Shown: piece by piece, positions 39,084 to 53,803 of the stretch | Layout of the letters: every line of letters starts with the position of its first letter | Numbering within the stretch: the stretch's first letter is position 1 | Assembly: GCF_009914755.1 (NCBI RefSeq) | Contig: NC_060927.1 | DNA: 64,000 nt | Reading direction: 5' to 3' (one strand) | Source of the DNA: the human T2T-CHM13v2.0 reference genome, Homo sapiens | Notes under the pieces: generated by a model | Told to the model about the DNA's origin: nothing | Databases searched by the model: none | What the model saw: the letters and a program-made list of their open reading frames with translations, nothing else | Position numbers and translations under genes: made by a program

Positions 39084-39542
39084 AGGATTTATTTACATAA
39101 AGTACAAAAATTTGCAAAATCAATCTAACCTGTAAAATATTAGGATAGTCGATACCCTTAGTGTAAGTAACAGGAAGAATAATATAGTAACATTCCAGGT
39201 TAGCAGTAATATGTGTCTCTTGATCTTGATGCTGGTCATATAAGCATTCACTTTGTTAAAATTCAGTGAGCTCCAACCTTATTTACTATGTATATGAAAT
39301 TACTTTTCTGTATGCCATACTTTAATAAAACATAGAAAAAAAGGAAGAGATGGAATTAAGAGAATAAGGGAAGTACCAGAATAGATGAGCAGCGATTCAG
39401 ACTTATTAATAAGGCACACTACTCAATTGCTGATAAAACCATTTAGTTGGCATAATGAGACTGTTTCTTGAGTGTTGTAAGAATCTGGAGGCTAGAGTCA
39501 ACTGCCTCTACTAAGGCATTATGAAGAGGAAGAGTAAGCTAA

Positions 39543-39933
<391 letters not shown>

Positions 39934-42741
39934 TAATAAAAATGCTGCTAGCAAAGAAATTTGGACAGCAAGTTTTCAAAGTTCTGGTCTTAGGATAACA
40001 GAGCAGAGAAAGGTTGATTTGGAACTGAGATTTAGTAGTAAAAAAGAAAAGTAAACAATCTAATATAGTTGTGAGACAAAATGAGATAATGCATTTGAAG
40101 TTCTTAGCCAGTGTTTGAAGCATTGGCATACACAAGAAAATATTATTTTTTATGATGTTATAAATATAACCTAAGATATATCAGATGTATCTTGGGACAA
40201 AATATTTGGGCACATAAAACACATCATTTTCACCATGTTGGTACAAATTTACTTAGTCTCACTATCTCTAACAAATGGCAGTTCCATGATAAGTCAGAAT
40301 CCCATAAAGAATTCATGGGAAAAAACATTACCAAGATTGTAACAAGAAAAATTAAAGTAAGAAGCCTATTAGTTTATTTAACGAGAGATTTAAAAATACT
40401 AATCCCTCATTCTAACAAGAGTTACATTTTCCCTTATGAATTATCGATCAAATTCTTCAGAAATGATGGCGTGTTATAATCAACCTAGGTTTGATCCTTG
40501 ATTTGTGCAATCCTTGAATATTATTAAAACAATGCTGAGTCTGATAATTTTCAAATTCAGAAATATAATAAATAGCAAACAACTATTAGCTAAAGAGAAG
40601 GCTACTGTGTCAGTTAAGGATTGCCATAGTAGCAAATAGCCCGTATATCTCAGATCCTTACAGTAAAGCAAATGTTTAGTTCTTGCTCATATTACATGTC
40701 TCTTACAGGTCTATAGCTCTAAAAATTTCTAAGTAGCACCCAGGATAAAGGCAGTGCCTTTACCTGGTATTCAAAGGTAATGTAGCAAAGAGAAAGAAAA
40801 TATAACTCAGAGATATACCCAGAAAGTGGAACAAGTTACTTTTATTCACATTTTATAGAATAAAACAAGTTGCATGGCAAAGTTTGAGATCTTGGAGCAG
40901 GAAATTATAATTGGCTGAGAAGGGGCAGTGAATATTTCAACAGTATTGAAATCTGCCACATCTCCTGTACAATAGCACTCAGACAATTCATAACCATATT
41001 ATCAACTTATGAAGGAAAGTTGATTAATTTTCAAGTAATTAAAAATTGTGCAAAGTTTATGGATTATTATATATTTAAATATAGTTCTTTTCACAGAAGA
41101 TGGGTCAGGAAATCAAATGATCTCTTACAAATATACATAGAAAATAATGCAATAGGGTAAGGAATGCAATAAATTTTTTTAATGCGGGTTACAAAAAGTA
41201 AACATAAGTTCAGTAGAATACAAATTTTTTAAAAAAGTAATGAGAATGCCATCAGCAGGATGGCAGAAGAGGGGGTCCCAAGCCTGTGTCGTCCCAGAGA
41301 AACAAATATTTGGTGGCATAAACAGACAAATTTGACTTTGTGAGAGTCTTGGGATCCAAATAGCTGGTTATAAAACAATTGTTAGATCCAAGGCCAAGGA
41401 GTGCCTCTTTGAGAAGTAAGTCCACACACTGCTGCCTTCAGCCACTTCCACCAAAGGACTTGGGAGCCACACCTGTGTGTGCTCCTAGTAATAGGACCTG
41501 CAGACCTTGGACCCAACTATGGTCTTTAAAGCAGTTCCATGACCCAACTCCAGTCCAGCTTTCCCTTGGTCTGGAGACAGTACTGCTCATAGGCCTGGTG
41601 GAAGCCACAACCATATGTGGCCCTGGTAGCAGACTTGCCAACTATTAACCCAACTGTAGACTTGGCATGGACACAGAACCTGTTTTCATTCCCACTTAAC
41701 TGTGATCTCCATCAGCCAGGAGAAGTCTTTACCTGCAGAAATAAGTCTATCAAGACTGGAAGAAGAGTCTTTCCCTTCAAACATAGATGCTAATGAAAAG
41801 CTACATAGATTATAAAGAATGAGGCAAATATAACATCGGTAAAGGAAATAAAAAAGCTCCAGTAAGTAAGTGAAAGAAATGAAGATTCATAAAGTGCTTG
41901 GCAAAAAATTCAAAATGTTCATTTTACAGAGACTCAACAAACTACAAAAGAACACAGAAAACTAAACAAAACTGGGAAAACAATACATGAACAAAATAAG
42001 AAGTTCAATTAAAAATAGAATTTATTTTAAAACAGGAATCCAGAAACAAGTACACAATAACTGAAATTAAAAATTCATTACAGAGTTTCAACAGTATAGC
42101 TGATTACGCAGAAGGAAAAAAACACAAATTTGAAGACAGGGCATTTAAAATTATAAAGTTAGAGGAACAAAAAAGACAAAGAAACAAATGAAAAAGAGTG
42201 AAGAAAGCCTACCTGACTTATGGCACACAACATAAACCAATATACACATACAAAATATTCAGAAGGAGTAGAGAGACAAAGGAAAGAAAGTTTATTTTAA
42301 AAAATAATGACAGAAAAACTCCTAAAACTAGGAAGAAAATTGAACATCCAGATCCATGAGGCCCAAAAAACTCCATATAGGCTGAACATTAAGTTTTCAC
42401 TGAGATACATTATAATTAAATTGTCAAAAGTGAAAGCCAAAGAGAATTATGAAAGCAGCCAGAGAAACGTGTCTCATTACATGAATGGAAACTTCTTCAG
42501 AACTATCAGCAGACTTTTCAGCAGAAAACTCCATCCAGCGGAGAAAGGGTAGATAAATGTAAAGTGCTGAAAGAAAAAGTTGTCACCAAAGAATACTCTT
42601 CCCAGCAAAAACTGTCCTTTAAAAATGAATGAGAGATAAAGACTTCCACAAATAAACAAAACCTAAGACAGTTCATAATTTGTACATCTGCCTTGCAAGA
42701 AATGCTAAGGTTAACTCACCAAGTTGAAATGATAGGACACA

Positions 42742-43143
<402 letters not shown>

Positions 43144-46100
43144 TTAGAAACATGAAAAAGTATGAAGGTATAAAATTCACAGGTAAAGGTAATTATATAG
43201 TCTAATCCTATAAAGATTAGAGTCCAGAATGTTCTAATACTGAAATGGTGGTGAATAAATAACTTTCACTTTAATACAAAAGTTAAAAGACAAAAGTATT
43301 ACAAATACCTACAGTACAATAATTTGTAAATAGTTACACAATGTAAAAATATGTAATTTGTTACATTAATAATAACATTTAAGGAGGGAATAAAAGTATA
43401 ATATTTCTTTGCTATCAAGGCTAATTTTTTATTCATTTAAAGTAGACTGCTATAACTACAAAATATTTTACATAAGCCTCCCAGTAATCACAAAGACAAA
43501 ACCTGTAGTGGATACACAAAAGATACAGAGAGAAATAAATCAAAGCATAACATTACCAGAAATTATCAAAACACAAAGGAAGATAGTAAAAAAAGGAAGA
43601 AAGGAAGAGAGAAATTGCAAAATAGAAAATAATTAACAAAATTGCAATAGTGAGTTCTTACCTTTCAAAAATTGCTTTAAATGTAAATTGATTAAATTCT
43701 CCAAAAGACTTAGAATGGCTGAATGGATAACAAAAACAAAACAAAAATAAGATCCAACTATACATTTGCCTATAAGAGACTCACTATATCTTTAAGGACA
43801 TACATAGGTCAAAAATGAAAGGACAGAAAAAACATACCTCAAGCAAATTGTCACCAAAAAAGAGCAGGAGTGTCTATACTTACATCAGACAAAATAATCT
43901 TTATGTTAAAAAAAGTCATGTGAGACAATAAGATTATTATATAATGATAAAGGGGTCAATTCGTTAAGAGAACATAACAACTATAAATACATATGAACCC
44001 AACATTGAAGCACCTCAATATATAAAGCAAATATTAACAAAATTGAAGGGAAAAATAAACAACAAACACTAATCGCAGAGGACATTTCAACAATAAATAG
44101 ATCATCCAGGCAGAAAATGAATAAGAAAACAGTGGACTTAAGCAATATTGTAGAATAAATGGAACTAAAAGACATACAAAGAATACCATCAAACAATAGC
44201 AGAATACATACTCTTCTCAAGCACAAAAGAACATTCTCCAGGATGTATCTTGTTTTGGGCTATAAGTCTTAACAAATTTAAGAAGTAAGAAATTATGTGA
44301 AGCATCTTTTTTATCACCATGATATGTAATTATAAATCGTAATAAGAATAAATTTGGAAAATTCACAAACATGGAAATTAAAAAGAACACTCTTGGATGG
44401 TCAATGCATTAAAGAAGAAATAAAAGAAGAAATAAAAAATATTTTGAGACAAATGAAAATGAAAACATATCAAACCTTTTGGGTTTCAGCAAAATAATTT
44501 ATAACAGAAAAGTTTATAGCAGTAAACAACTACATAAAGGAAAAAAAACTAAAATAAATGGCCTAATGTTACACCCGAAAAAAGTAGAAAAAGAGCAAAC
44601 TAAGACCAAAATCAGTAGAAGGAGATAGTGATCAGAGCAGGAAGAAAAGGAATTAGAAACTAGAATAACAACAGAAAAGGTCAATAAAACTAAGAGCTGT
44701 TTTTTGAAAAGATGAACAAAATCACCAGTTTTTAGCTAGTACAGGAAAAAAAGAAGATAAAGGTAATCAGAAATGAGGAGGTGACATTACAACAAAAACC
44801 ACAGAAATACAAAGGATCATAAGAGATTTCTATGAACAGTTATACCCCAAAAAGTTATCTAACTTAATCAGACAAATATCCAGAAACAAACAACTTACCT
44901 TGACTGAATTATGAAGAAACAGAAAATCTGAACAGACCAAAAACTAGTTAAGAGATTGAATCAGAAACAGTTTGCTATAATAGAAAAAGCCATAATCACA
45001 TGGCTTAGCTGCTGAATTCAATCAAACATTTAATCCAAAACTTTTTAAACTCTTCCAAATTAGTGAAGAGGAAAGAACACTTCTAAATTAATTTTACAAG
45101 GCCAGTATTACCCTAATATCAAAGCCAGACAAGTATATTACATAAAAATTACATGTTATTAGCCCTGATGAACATAAATTCAACAAAACTCAACAAAATA
45201 CTGCAAACCAAATTTAAAAGCGTATTTAAAAAATCATTCATCAAAATTAATATTTGCCCCTGAATGCAAGGATGGTTCAACATATACAAATTAGCAAGTG
45301 TGATACATTAAATTAGTAGTATAAAGTATACAAATTATATGATCATTTTAATGCACGCATATAAAATATTTAATAAAATTCAACATTTTTTTCATGATAA
45401 AAACTCTCAACAAATTAAGTGCCAAAAGAATGTATTTAAGCATAATAGAGGTCACATTTGACAATTGCACAGCTAATATTATACTCATGTCGAAAGCTGA
45501 AATTTTTTTCTCTATGATCAGGGACAAAATAAGGATACCTGCTCTTACCATTTTCATCCAACATGCCACCTGTAGCTATAGTTAGAGCAATTAGGCAAGA
45601 AATAAATTTTAAAAGGCTTTCAAATTGTAAAGGAAGACATAAAATTCTGTCTGCTTGCAGACAACATGACGGTATCTATAGAAATTCCTAAACACTCCAG
45701 CAAAAAACAGTTAGAACTAATTTAAAAAAATAGTAAAGTTGCAGGATACAAGATAAATATACCAAAATCAATTATGTTTTTAACAGCAAACTATCTGAAA
45801 AATAAATTAATAAAACAATTCCATTCCCAATAACAATAAAAATAATAAAATATTTAGGCATACATTTAACTAAGAAATTGAAAGATCTAAATCTTAAAAA
45901 CTATAAAACATTAAGAAAAGAAATTTACATTGACACATGTAAATGAAACATATCTTATGGTCATGATTTAGAAGAACTAATATTGCTAAATTTCTACACT
46001 ACCAAAAACAGAAAAATTACATCCATAAATCATCAGGAAAATGCAAATAAAAACTACAATGTAGTATCACATTATTCCTGTTAGAATGAATGATATTAAA

Positions 46101-46424
46101 GACAAAGATGTGGAAAAAAAGTAACTTTTGTACATGGTGGTTGGGACTGCAAATTGTTACACTTATTATGGATTACAGTATAGAAGTTTCTCAAAAAGTT
46201 AAAAATAGAGCTAATATATGATCCAGCAATTCCACTAGAGAGCATATATCCAAAGAAAATAAAATTATTATCTCAAAGAGATACCTGCACTCTAACTTTC
46301 ATTGCAGCATTATTTATAATACACAAAATATAAAAACAACTTAAGTCTCCATTGACATGTAAATTAATAAAGAAATGTAATGGGATAGATATACATATAT
46401 GTATCATATATCTATATCTATATT

Positions 46425-48681
46425 CAGGCATACCTTGGAGATATTGCAGGTTGGGTTCTAGACCACCATAAAAATAAACTCTTGCAACAAAACAAGCCAC
46501 AGAAGTTTTTTGGTTTACTAGTACATACAAAAGTTATATTTATACTATAATGTAGTTTATTAAGTGTGCAATAGCTTAATTTTATGTCCAAAAAATCATT
46601 GTACATACCTGAATTTAAGAAGTACTTTATTGCTAAAAAATGCTAACAATGATCTGATCCTTCAGCAAGTCATAATCTTTTTACTGGTGGGGAATCTTGC
46701 CTTGATGTTGATGGCTGCTGACTAATCAGGATTGTGATTGCTGAAGGTTGGGGTCACTATGGCAATTTCTTAAAAGAAGACAAAAGTGAAATTTGCCACA
46801 TCAATTGACTCTTCCTTTCACAAAAGATTTCTCTGTAACATGTGATGCTGTTTGATAGCATATCACCCACAGTAGAACTTCTTTGAAAATTGGAGTATAT
46901 CTTATGAAACCCTGCACTTCTTTGTCAACTAAGTCTATGTAAGATTCTAAATCTTTTGATTTATTTCAACAATGTTCACAGAATCTCCACGAGGAGAGAA
47001 TCTGTCTCAATAAACCAATATCTTTGCTCACCCATAAGAAGCAACTTCTCATCCATTCATGTTTTAGAATGACATTGTAGCAATTCACTCACATCTTCAG
47101 ACTCCACTTCTAATTCTAGTTCTCTTGCTATTTTCACCATGTGTGCAGTTACTTCCCCCCACAATGTCATCCATGAGTGTTGGAATCAACTTCTTCCACA
47201 CTTCCGCTAATGTTGACATTTTGGCATCCTCCAATGAATCATGAATATTCTTTATGAATATTCTTTGTGGAATCTAGAATCATCTTCAGAAGTTTTTCAA
47301 TTTACTTGTCCAAATGCATGAGAGGAATCAATATCTATAGCAGCTATAGCCTTTCAAAATTTATTTCTTTAATAATAAGACTTGAAAGAAAAAAAATACT
47401 TCTTGATCCATGGGCTGCAGAATGCAGATTGTGTTAGCAGGTATAAAAATAACGTTAATTTCCTTGTATAACTCCATCAGAGCTCTTGGGTGACTAAGTA
47501 CATTGGTCAATGAGCAGTAATATTTTGAAAGAAACCTTTTTTTTTTTTCTGAGAAGTAGGTCTCAACAGTGGGCTTAAAAATATAGAAAACCATTCTATA
47601 AAGAGATTTGCTGTCATTCAGGCTTGTTGTTCTATTGTAGAGCACAGGCAGCATAGATTTAGCATGATTTCTAAGGGCCTTAATATATTCAGAATGGTAA
47701 ATAAGCATTGGCTTCAACATAATGTAAAGAGCTGCATCAGCCACTAAAAGAGAGGTGGCTTGTCCTTTGAAGCTTTGAAGTCAGGCCCATTGACATCTCT
47801 TCTTTAGCTACAAAAGTCCTAGATAGCATCTCCTTCCAGCAGAAGGCTCCTTTGTCTACATTAAAAATCTGTTGTTTTATATAGCCACCTTCATCACTTA
47901 GCTAGACATTCTGGACAACTTGTTGCAGCTTCTGTGTTAGCACTTGCTGCTTCACCTTGCACTTTAATGTTATGGAGATAGCTTCTTTCTTTAAACCTCA
48001 TGAGACAATCTCTACTAGCTTCCAACTTTTCTTCATCAGCTTCTTCATCTCTCTCAAGCTTTGTAGAATTGGAGTTAAGGCCTTCTTATGAATTCGGTTT
48101 TGGCTTAAGGGAATGTTGTGTCTTCTTTGATCATTTATCTAGACCCTAAAACTTTCTCTATATCAGAAATAAGGCTGTTTTCCTTTCTTATCAATTGTAT
48201 GTTCACTAGCAATTTTAATTTTTTCAAAGACTTTTCTTTGCATTTACAACCTTGCTAACTTGTTCTGTGCAGAAGTCCTTGCTTTTGGTCGTTTTGGTGT
48301 TTTACATACCTTCCTCAGTAAGCTCAATTATTTTAGCTTTTGATTTTGAAAGATATGCAATTCTTTCTTTAATTTTAATAATTAGAGGCTATTGTAGAGA
48401 TATGAATGACCTAATTTTAACATTGTTGTGTCTTAGGGAATAGGGAGGCCTGACAAGAGGAAGAGAAATGGAGAAATTGTCATTGGTGAAGCAGTCACAA
48501 CACACACGTTTAAGTTTGCTGTCGTATATGGTTGTGGTTTACAATAGTGATGTCAATGATCACTGATCACAGATCACCAATGCTCATAGATATTAAACAC
48601 AAAGTTGCCACAAAACTTCGGTTTGTAGAAACAATATCTGCAAAGTGCAAGAAAGCAAAGCACAAAAAATAGGTATGCCTT
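46425..48681 (-). mobile_element. Tigger1 DNA transposon, near full length
   Basis: TIRs caggcatacct...aggtatgcct; ORF 47361..47744 resembles the Tigger1 DDE transposase (LKPMLIYHSE...KSMLPVLY...EINVIFIPANTICILQPMDQ). Confidence 0.93.
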
Positions 48682-49440
48682 TGTGTGTGTGTGTGTATAT
48701 ATATATGTATATATAAAGCAGAATATTTCTCTGTTTTATAAAAATAAGATCTTGTCATTATGTGACAACATAAATAAACCCTTAGGATTTTATGCTAAGT
48801 GAAATAAACCAGACACAGAAAGAAAATTACTGCATTTTCTCTCCTGTATGGGGAATCTTAAAAAGTTTAAGTCATAGAAGTAGAGAGTAGAATGGTGGTT
48901 ACTAGGGTACAGGGGGTGGAAAATATTGGGATATGTTAGTGAAAGTGTACGAAGTTTCAGTTTGAAAGATGAAAAAATTTTATAGATCTAATATACAATA
49001 TGATGACTATAGTTAATAGTACCATCTTTTACTTGAAATAAGTAAATAATACTGTCTTTTATACTTGAAATTTGCTAAAAGAATAGATTTTAAATGTTTT
49101 CACCACACATGCAAAAAAGGTACCTGATGGATATGTTAATTAATTTGATTTTGATGAACATCTCACAATGCACATCCATACCAAAATTTTAAATTGTGCA
49201 CCTGAAATATATATAAAATGTGTTTGTCAATTATGCTTCAGGAAAAGTGGAAAAAAAATTAATAATACAATAAAAAAGTAATTGGTAATAAAATCTTGCT
49301 ATTAGAGCAAAAATTGCAGATCAGAAAATAAGGGAAAATCTAGAGGGAAAAGAAGAGATACTTGAATTTTGATATAATTGAGAAATAAAGAAAGATATAT
49401 GAATGCATGTTCCTAGTTTCTTTAGTTCCCAACCTGACAT

Positions 49441-50129
49441 TGTTAGCAGTAGAAGAGCTCTGAGTTACCCTGAATTAAGGGTGGCATAGCCATACAGGTT
49501 TATAGCAACTTTAGTCCTTGCCTCCTCAGAAGAAAGAATGTGACTGAGGGGCATAAAGCAGAAAAAGAGACTGAGGCAAATTTTAGAGCAGGAATGAAAG
49601 TTTATTTAAAAGGCTTTAGAACAGGAAGGAAGGGAAACCCTTGGAAGAGATTCTAGTGGACACCTGAAGGTCAAAAAGGAAAGAGGAAGAAGCCCTTTAA
49701 CCTTGATCCTTAGACTTTACAGGCTCACCTCTTTCCCATGATTCTTCCCTTAGGGTGGGCTTCTTGCATATGCAGTGATTTCCTTAACCTTTGTAATTGA
49801 GCACACACAGTGTGATTAGGGAGTAATACGCATGCACATCTGAGGTTTTTATTTTTCCTTTTTTCTGGTGGTATGTGCCCCCTGACTGTCACATTTCACT
49901 GTTTTGTCCCTTAACACACATGCCCAAGAGGCCTCTTCTCCCTGGGGTCTGCATTCAATTAACACGTTTAATGTTAACAAGTGTGGATCATCAGGAGATT
50001 GTCTCTTCTTGGCTGTTGAATTATTATTTTTAGAGAGGCAAACTGATAATTGCCAAACCATCACCTGACATTTCCAGTGGGACTGGGAAAGCCCTCCCCT
50101 GCCCTGCTCATGCCTAACTACCTGAAACA
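49441..50129 (-). mobile_element. MER50 ERV1 solo LTR
   Basis: ttgcctcctcagaagaaagaat..gactgaggggcata...ttcccatgattcttcccttagggtgggc...cctgccctgctcatgcctaactacctgaaaca; TG..CA ends. Confidence 0.85.
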
Positions 50130-51179
50130 ATGTGGTATTGGAGAAAATTCCAAAAAATAACAGTAAAAGTTGGGTGAGGTACATTACTGGGATTAATTTC
50201 CAACTTCCTAAAGCTGATGGCTAGATAGAGGAAATTGGAAATCCCTGGCAACTCAACAAAAGTAATTAAGAGAGTTCCTATTATACAGCTGGAATAATAG
50301 ATATAGTATAACGTCACTGAATGTTAAAATTTATTTTAGTATTAATGAACTTCAACTCCAGAAGACAGAAAAAAGTAAAACACCACCCCTGGCTGCAGGA
50401 ACATGATATATTGCATTTTTTGGTTTCTGTTCATTTTAAAGCTTTGCTTTATTGAAGGATAATTATAGACAAAAAATATTTTGTGGAATTTATTCTCAAA
50501 AAGACCAGTAATAATTTTAGCTTTCTTTAGTATTTCATACATTCATAAAATAGCAGATTGTAACAGGAATTGCTATAGTACTCGCAATAGAGGTGATTGT
50601 TTCTGTGCAATTGATGGAGAAAACTGCATGCAAGTAAAACTTGAACTTTGAAAAACTGAGTCAGGGAAATTGAGAATTATTTTCAGTGATGATATTATTC
50701 CTTATAGAAAGCAATCAGTCCAAAATGGAGCAGTATTTTATCCAAAAGTGAGCAGGCTGATTAAAGGCTAATGGAAATGGGAAAACAAAGAAAATCAAAA
50801 TTAAAATTTCAGGAAAACCTAAAAACATGTTCCACAAAAACTTTCCTAGTGAACAATACATTTTTTTCTATGATATTCTTTCCTTTCTATCTTCTCCTTC
50901 TTAGAATAAGCAGTCTCCAAGATTAATAGCTGGTAGTCTATACATTTATCATTCTTTTATAAATAAATTCTTGTGCAAATTCCTAATATCTTAAGGATAC
51001 CATATTCATTGATTTATTCATTAAAATGGTCAGCATCTGCTTTTAAATATTAATGTCATCTTACATAGTTGACTTTTAAAGAGATAATATTTCTTCAACT
51101 TGTTTTCCTCACATAAATTACATTTAAAAATTACTACAAGGTAATTAATATAGAACTAACCCATAGTATTTAATAGCTG

Positions 51180-52000
51180 CATAATATATGTGAAAATTTA
51201 TCTAATGACTTTGATACAGATGATTATGCTAACACTTTTCATTGGTTTTGATCTTATTTTGTGTCACATAATAATATTTTATACTATTTTTCATAAAAAT
51301 ACTATTATTGTTAATGGCATCTAAGTGGTTTATAGTTTGGGGCACTATTGTGAATGAGATTTTTTTACCAATTTTATTTTTAACTCATTATGATTAGTAT
51401 AAAAAAATTCCTATAGTTACCTTACCAAATCAGCCTATTAATTATAGAAGGGTAGATTATCTTTATCATATTATCTCCAAGTATGAAGAGTTATTATTCC
51501 TCTTTTATGATATATTTGATAATTATTTTATTTTCTTGTTCAATTTTTTTACCTAAAAACTGCCAAACAGTGTTGAAATATAATGATGATAAAAAGTATC
51601 TTTTTTTGCTTCTGGAATTTTATATAATACCTTTGGGATTTTTTACATTAAAATGGCCTTTATATTTGGGTTTTTATTAAATATTTAGACACATTAATAC
51701 AGTTTGCTTCTAATCCTATTTTATGTAAATTTTTATTTTGTAAGTAAGATTAGGAGAAAATCTACTGGATTTATCATGTAAAACTTTATGAAGTTATAGA
51801 TAAGAATGAGTTATACCTATCTCAGTGTAATAAGGACTGAGTTTTTTTTCAGGTGACTTTTTAAGCATATGTTACAAAAGTAAATACCTTCTCTTCTTTT
51901 TGTTGCTGTAATTCATTATATTGCTACATTACCTGATGTTACTACCTTGCATTCCTGAAATAAATGCTATTTTTCATAAGGTATATTAATAGCAATTGAC
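51180..52000 (-). mobile_element. Old L1M ORF2 fragment
   Basis: Degenerate antisense ORF2 motifs (ccaaacagtgttgaaatataatgatgat...; accttgcattcctgaaataaat). Confidence 0.55.
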
Positions 52001-52102
52001 TAGGATATAAATCATATCCATCATAAAGTATTGTTATAAATTAATATGCAAAATAGTATCCATATATAATCACACCGTCATTATTATTAAAGCGCATGAC
52101 AA

Positions 52103-52689
52103 TGTTGAGGCTCAGTACACATCACCCTCAATACACATACTTTGGTATGATTGTAGCAGACCAGCTCTGCTACTCCAAAATATACTTACTTGATATATTT
52201 TGATCCAATTAGTCTTAGAAACTGAAGACACAGGAGTATCTCTCAAAATTGCCCTTTTGAAACAGAAATTTATATCTGTGAAGATAATCTACATTAGTAA
52301 AATGTTTGTCTCAGGAATAGGGCTGCTACCAGTGAACTTTTATTGCCTGACATACTTTTTACCTGCATAACAAAACAACATTTATTCTCCATACATTTCT
52401 TTTTTTTCTTTTCTTCTTCTTTTTTTTCTTTTCTTTCTTTCTTTTCTTCCATCACCCTCCAAAAACTTGTTTCCATCACCCAACAAAAGCCCTAAGTCAC
52501 TATTCCCCTCTGTAGCTCAAGATGCTGTATCAGCTTCAATCATCTGACCTTTCTTTAAGTCTCATATTTTGTGGAACCCCATGCAATTAAATATGGTTTT
52601 TCTCTTGTTAATCTGTTTATGTTAATTTAATTTATAGTCCAACCAAAGAAACTTGAAGTGAGGTGGAAACCAATGTTTCCTCCTCTGAA
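52103..52689 (+). mobile_element. MER34-family ERV1 LTR (two apparent 5' starts)
   Basis: tgtagcagaccag...ctactccaaaatata; 3' part ttttctcttgttaatctgtttatgttaatttaatt...ccaaccaaagaaac...tttcctcc. Confidence 0.65.
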
Positions 52690-53359
52690 ATAAGTACTCC
52701 ACTTACAAAAAATGTATTTGATACCCTTGTTAGTGCAAGTATTTTATTTTGTACATTTGCATTTACATTCTTAATTGAGATGGATCTGGATAATAATTAT
52801 AAATATTTTATAGGTTAGTTGATAGGACTAAATGAATTCACATATATAAAATAATTAGAACAATGCACAGGCATAGTACCATTATAAGATATTTGTTTTC
52901 TGCATTCCTGTTTAGCTGCTTTAGGGGTTGGTAGGCAGGGGTGAAAGTTATGAGTTTTATTACAAATAGTGAAATTTTCCCAAGTAAGTAAGACTGCAGG
53001 TGGAAAAATTTGAGATTATATGCAGGAGAGTGACTATAATTTCCTTCAAGCATTCTAACTTGCATGAATAGAAGATTAGGAAATAAATGATGAACAAGAA
53101 AAAGTTTTGATATTACTGGATTCGAGAACCTTCACAGTGTAAAGGAGTTTCATAGTTGGTATGCTAGGAAAAAAAAAAAACTGAAAAGAAAGTAGAGGTG
53201 TTGTTAGAGAGTGGGATACTCCAAATCCAGATAATGAGGGCAGTAAAATTTCTGGTGATGATGAGGTACAGTATGTACAGGAATAGACACACAAGATGAA
53301 GTGGAGGGCATTATCTATGAATACGGAATGATCAACAAAATCAGAATTTTAGACTATAT

Positions 53360-53803
53360 TGTGAAAGAAAAAATATCTTGGGGCTCCCAAATCACTAAGA
53401 TAAATGGAAAAGTCAACCTGGGAACATCTCAGGGCAAACCTGCCTCCGATTCTATTCAAAGTCACCTCTATGCTCACTGAGGTAAATGCATATCTGATTG
53501 TCGCCTTTGGGGAGGCTAATCAGAAACCCAAAGGAATGCAACCATTTGTCTCTTATCTTCCTATAACCTGGAAGCTCCTTTCTGCTTCAAGTTGTCCCAC
53601 GTTTCTGGACCAAAATAATGTTCATCTTACATATGTTGATTGATATCTCATGTATCCATAAAATGTATAAAACCAAACTGTGCTCTGACCACCTGGGACA
53701 CATGTAGTCAGAACATTCTGAGGCTGTGTCTTGGGTGCCCATCCTCAAGCTAAATAAACTTTCTCAGTTAACTGAGACCTGCCTCAGACACTGAAGGTTC
53801 ACA
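53360..53803 (+). mobile_element. MER4A1-like 5' LTR
   Basis: tgtgaaagaaaaaatatcttggggctcccaaatcactaag...gggcaaacctgcctcc...ctgagacctgcctcagacac...gttcaca, followed by PBS-like ttttggtaac. Confidence 0.9.

Larger units (their letters stand above)
37847..39330 (+). mobile_element. Old L1ME3-like 3' portion (host scaffold)
   Basis: catcattagacatcagggaattgcaaatt; 3' UTR tcttgatcttgatgctggt...ctttgttaaaattcagtgagc...atactttaataaaa. Confidence 0.7.

Noticed and set aside
40709-40776. Possible 68-nt exon (tcttacag|...aag|gtaatg) in unique DNA
   Set aside because: Stops in all three frames and no partner exons; such splice-like pairs arise often by chance. It would need RNA evidence.
47361-47744. 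Transposase ORF as an active or domesticated gene
   Set aside because: Only a 127-aa piece that drifts out of frame, within a decayed Tigger1.
52900-53350. Possible L2 remnant around the MER4 provirus (also 50560-50760 and 58690-58860)
   Set aside because: Purine-rich L2-like texture only; too diverged to call by eye without an HMM search.
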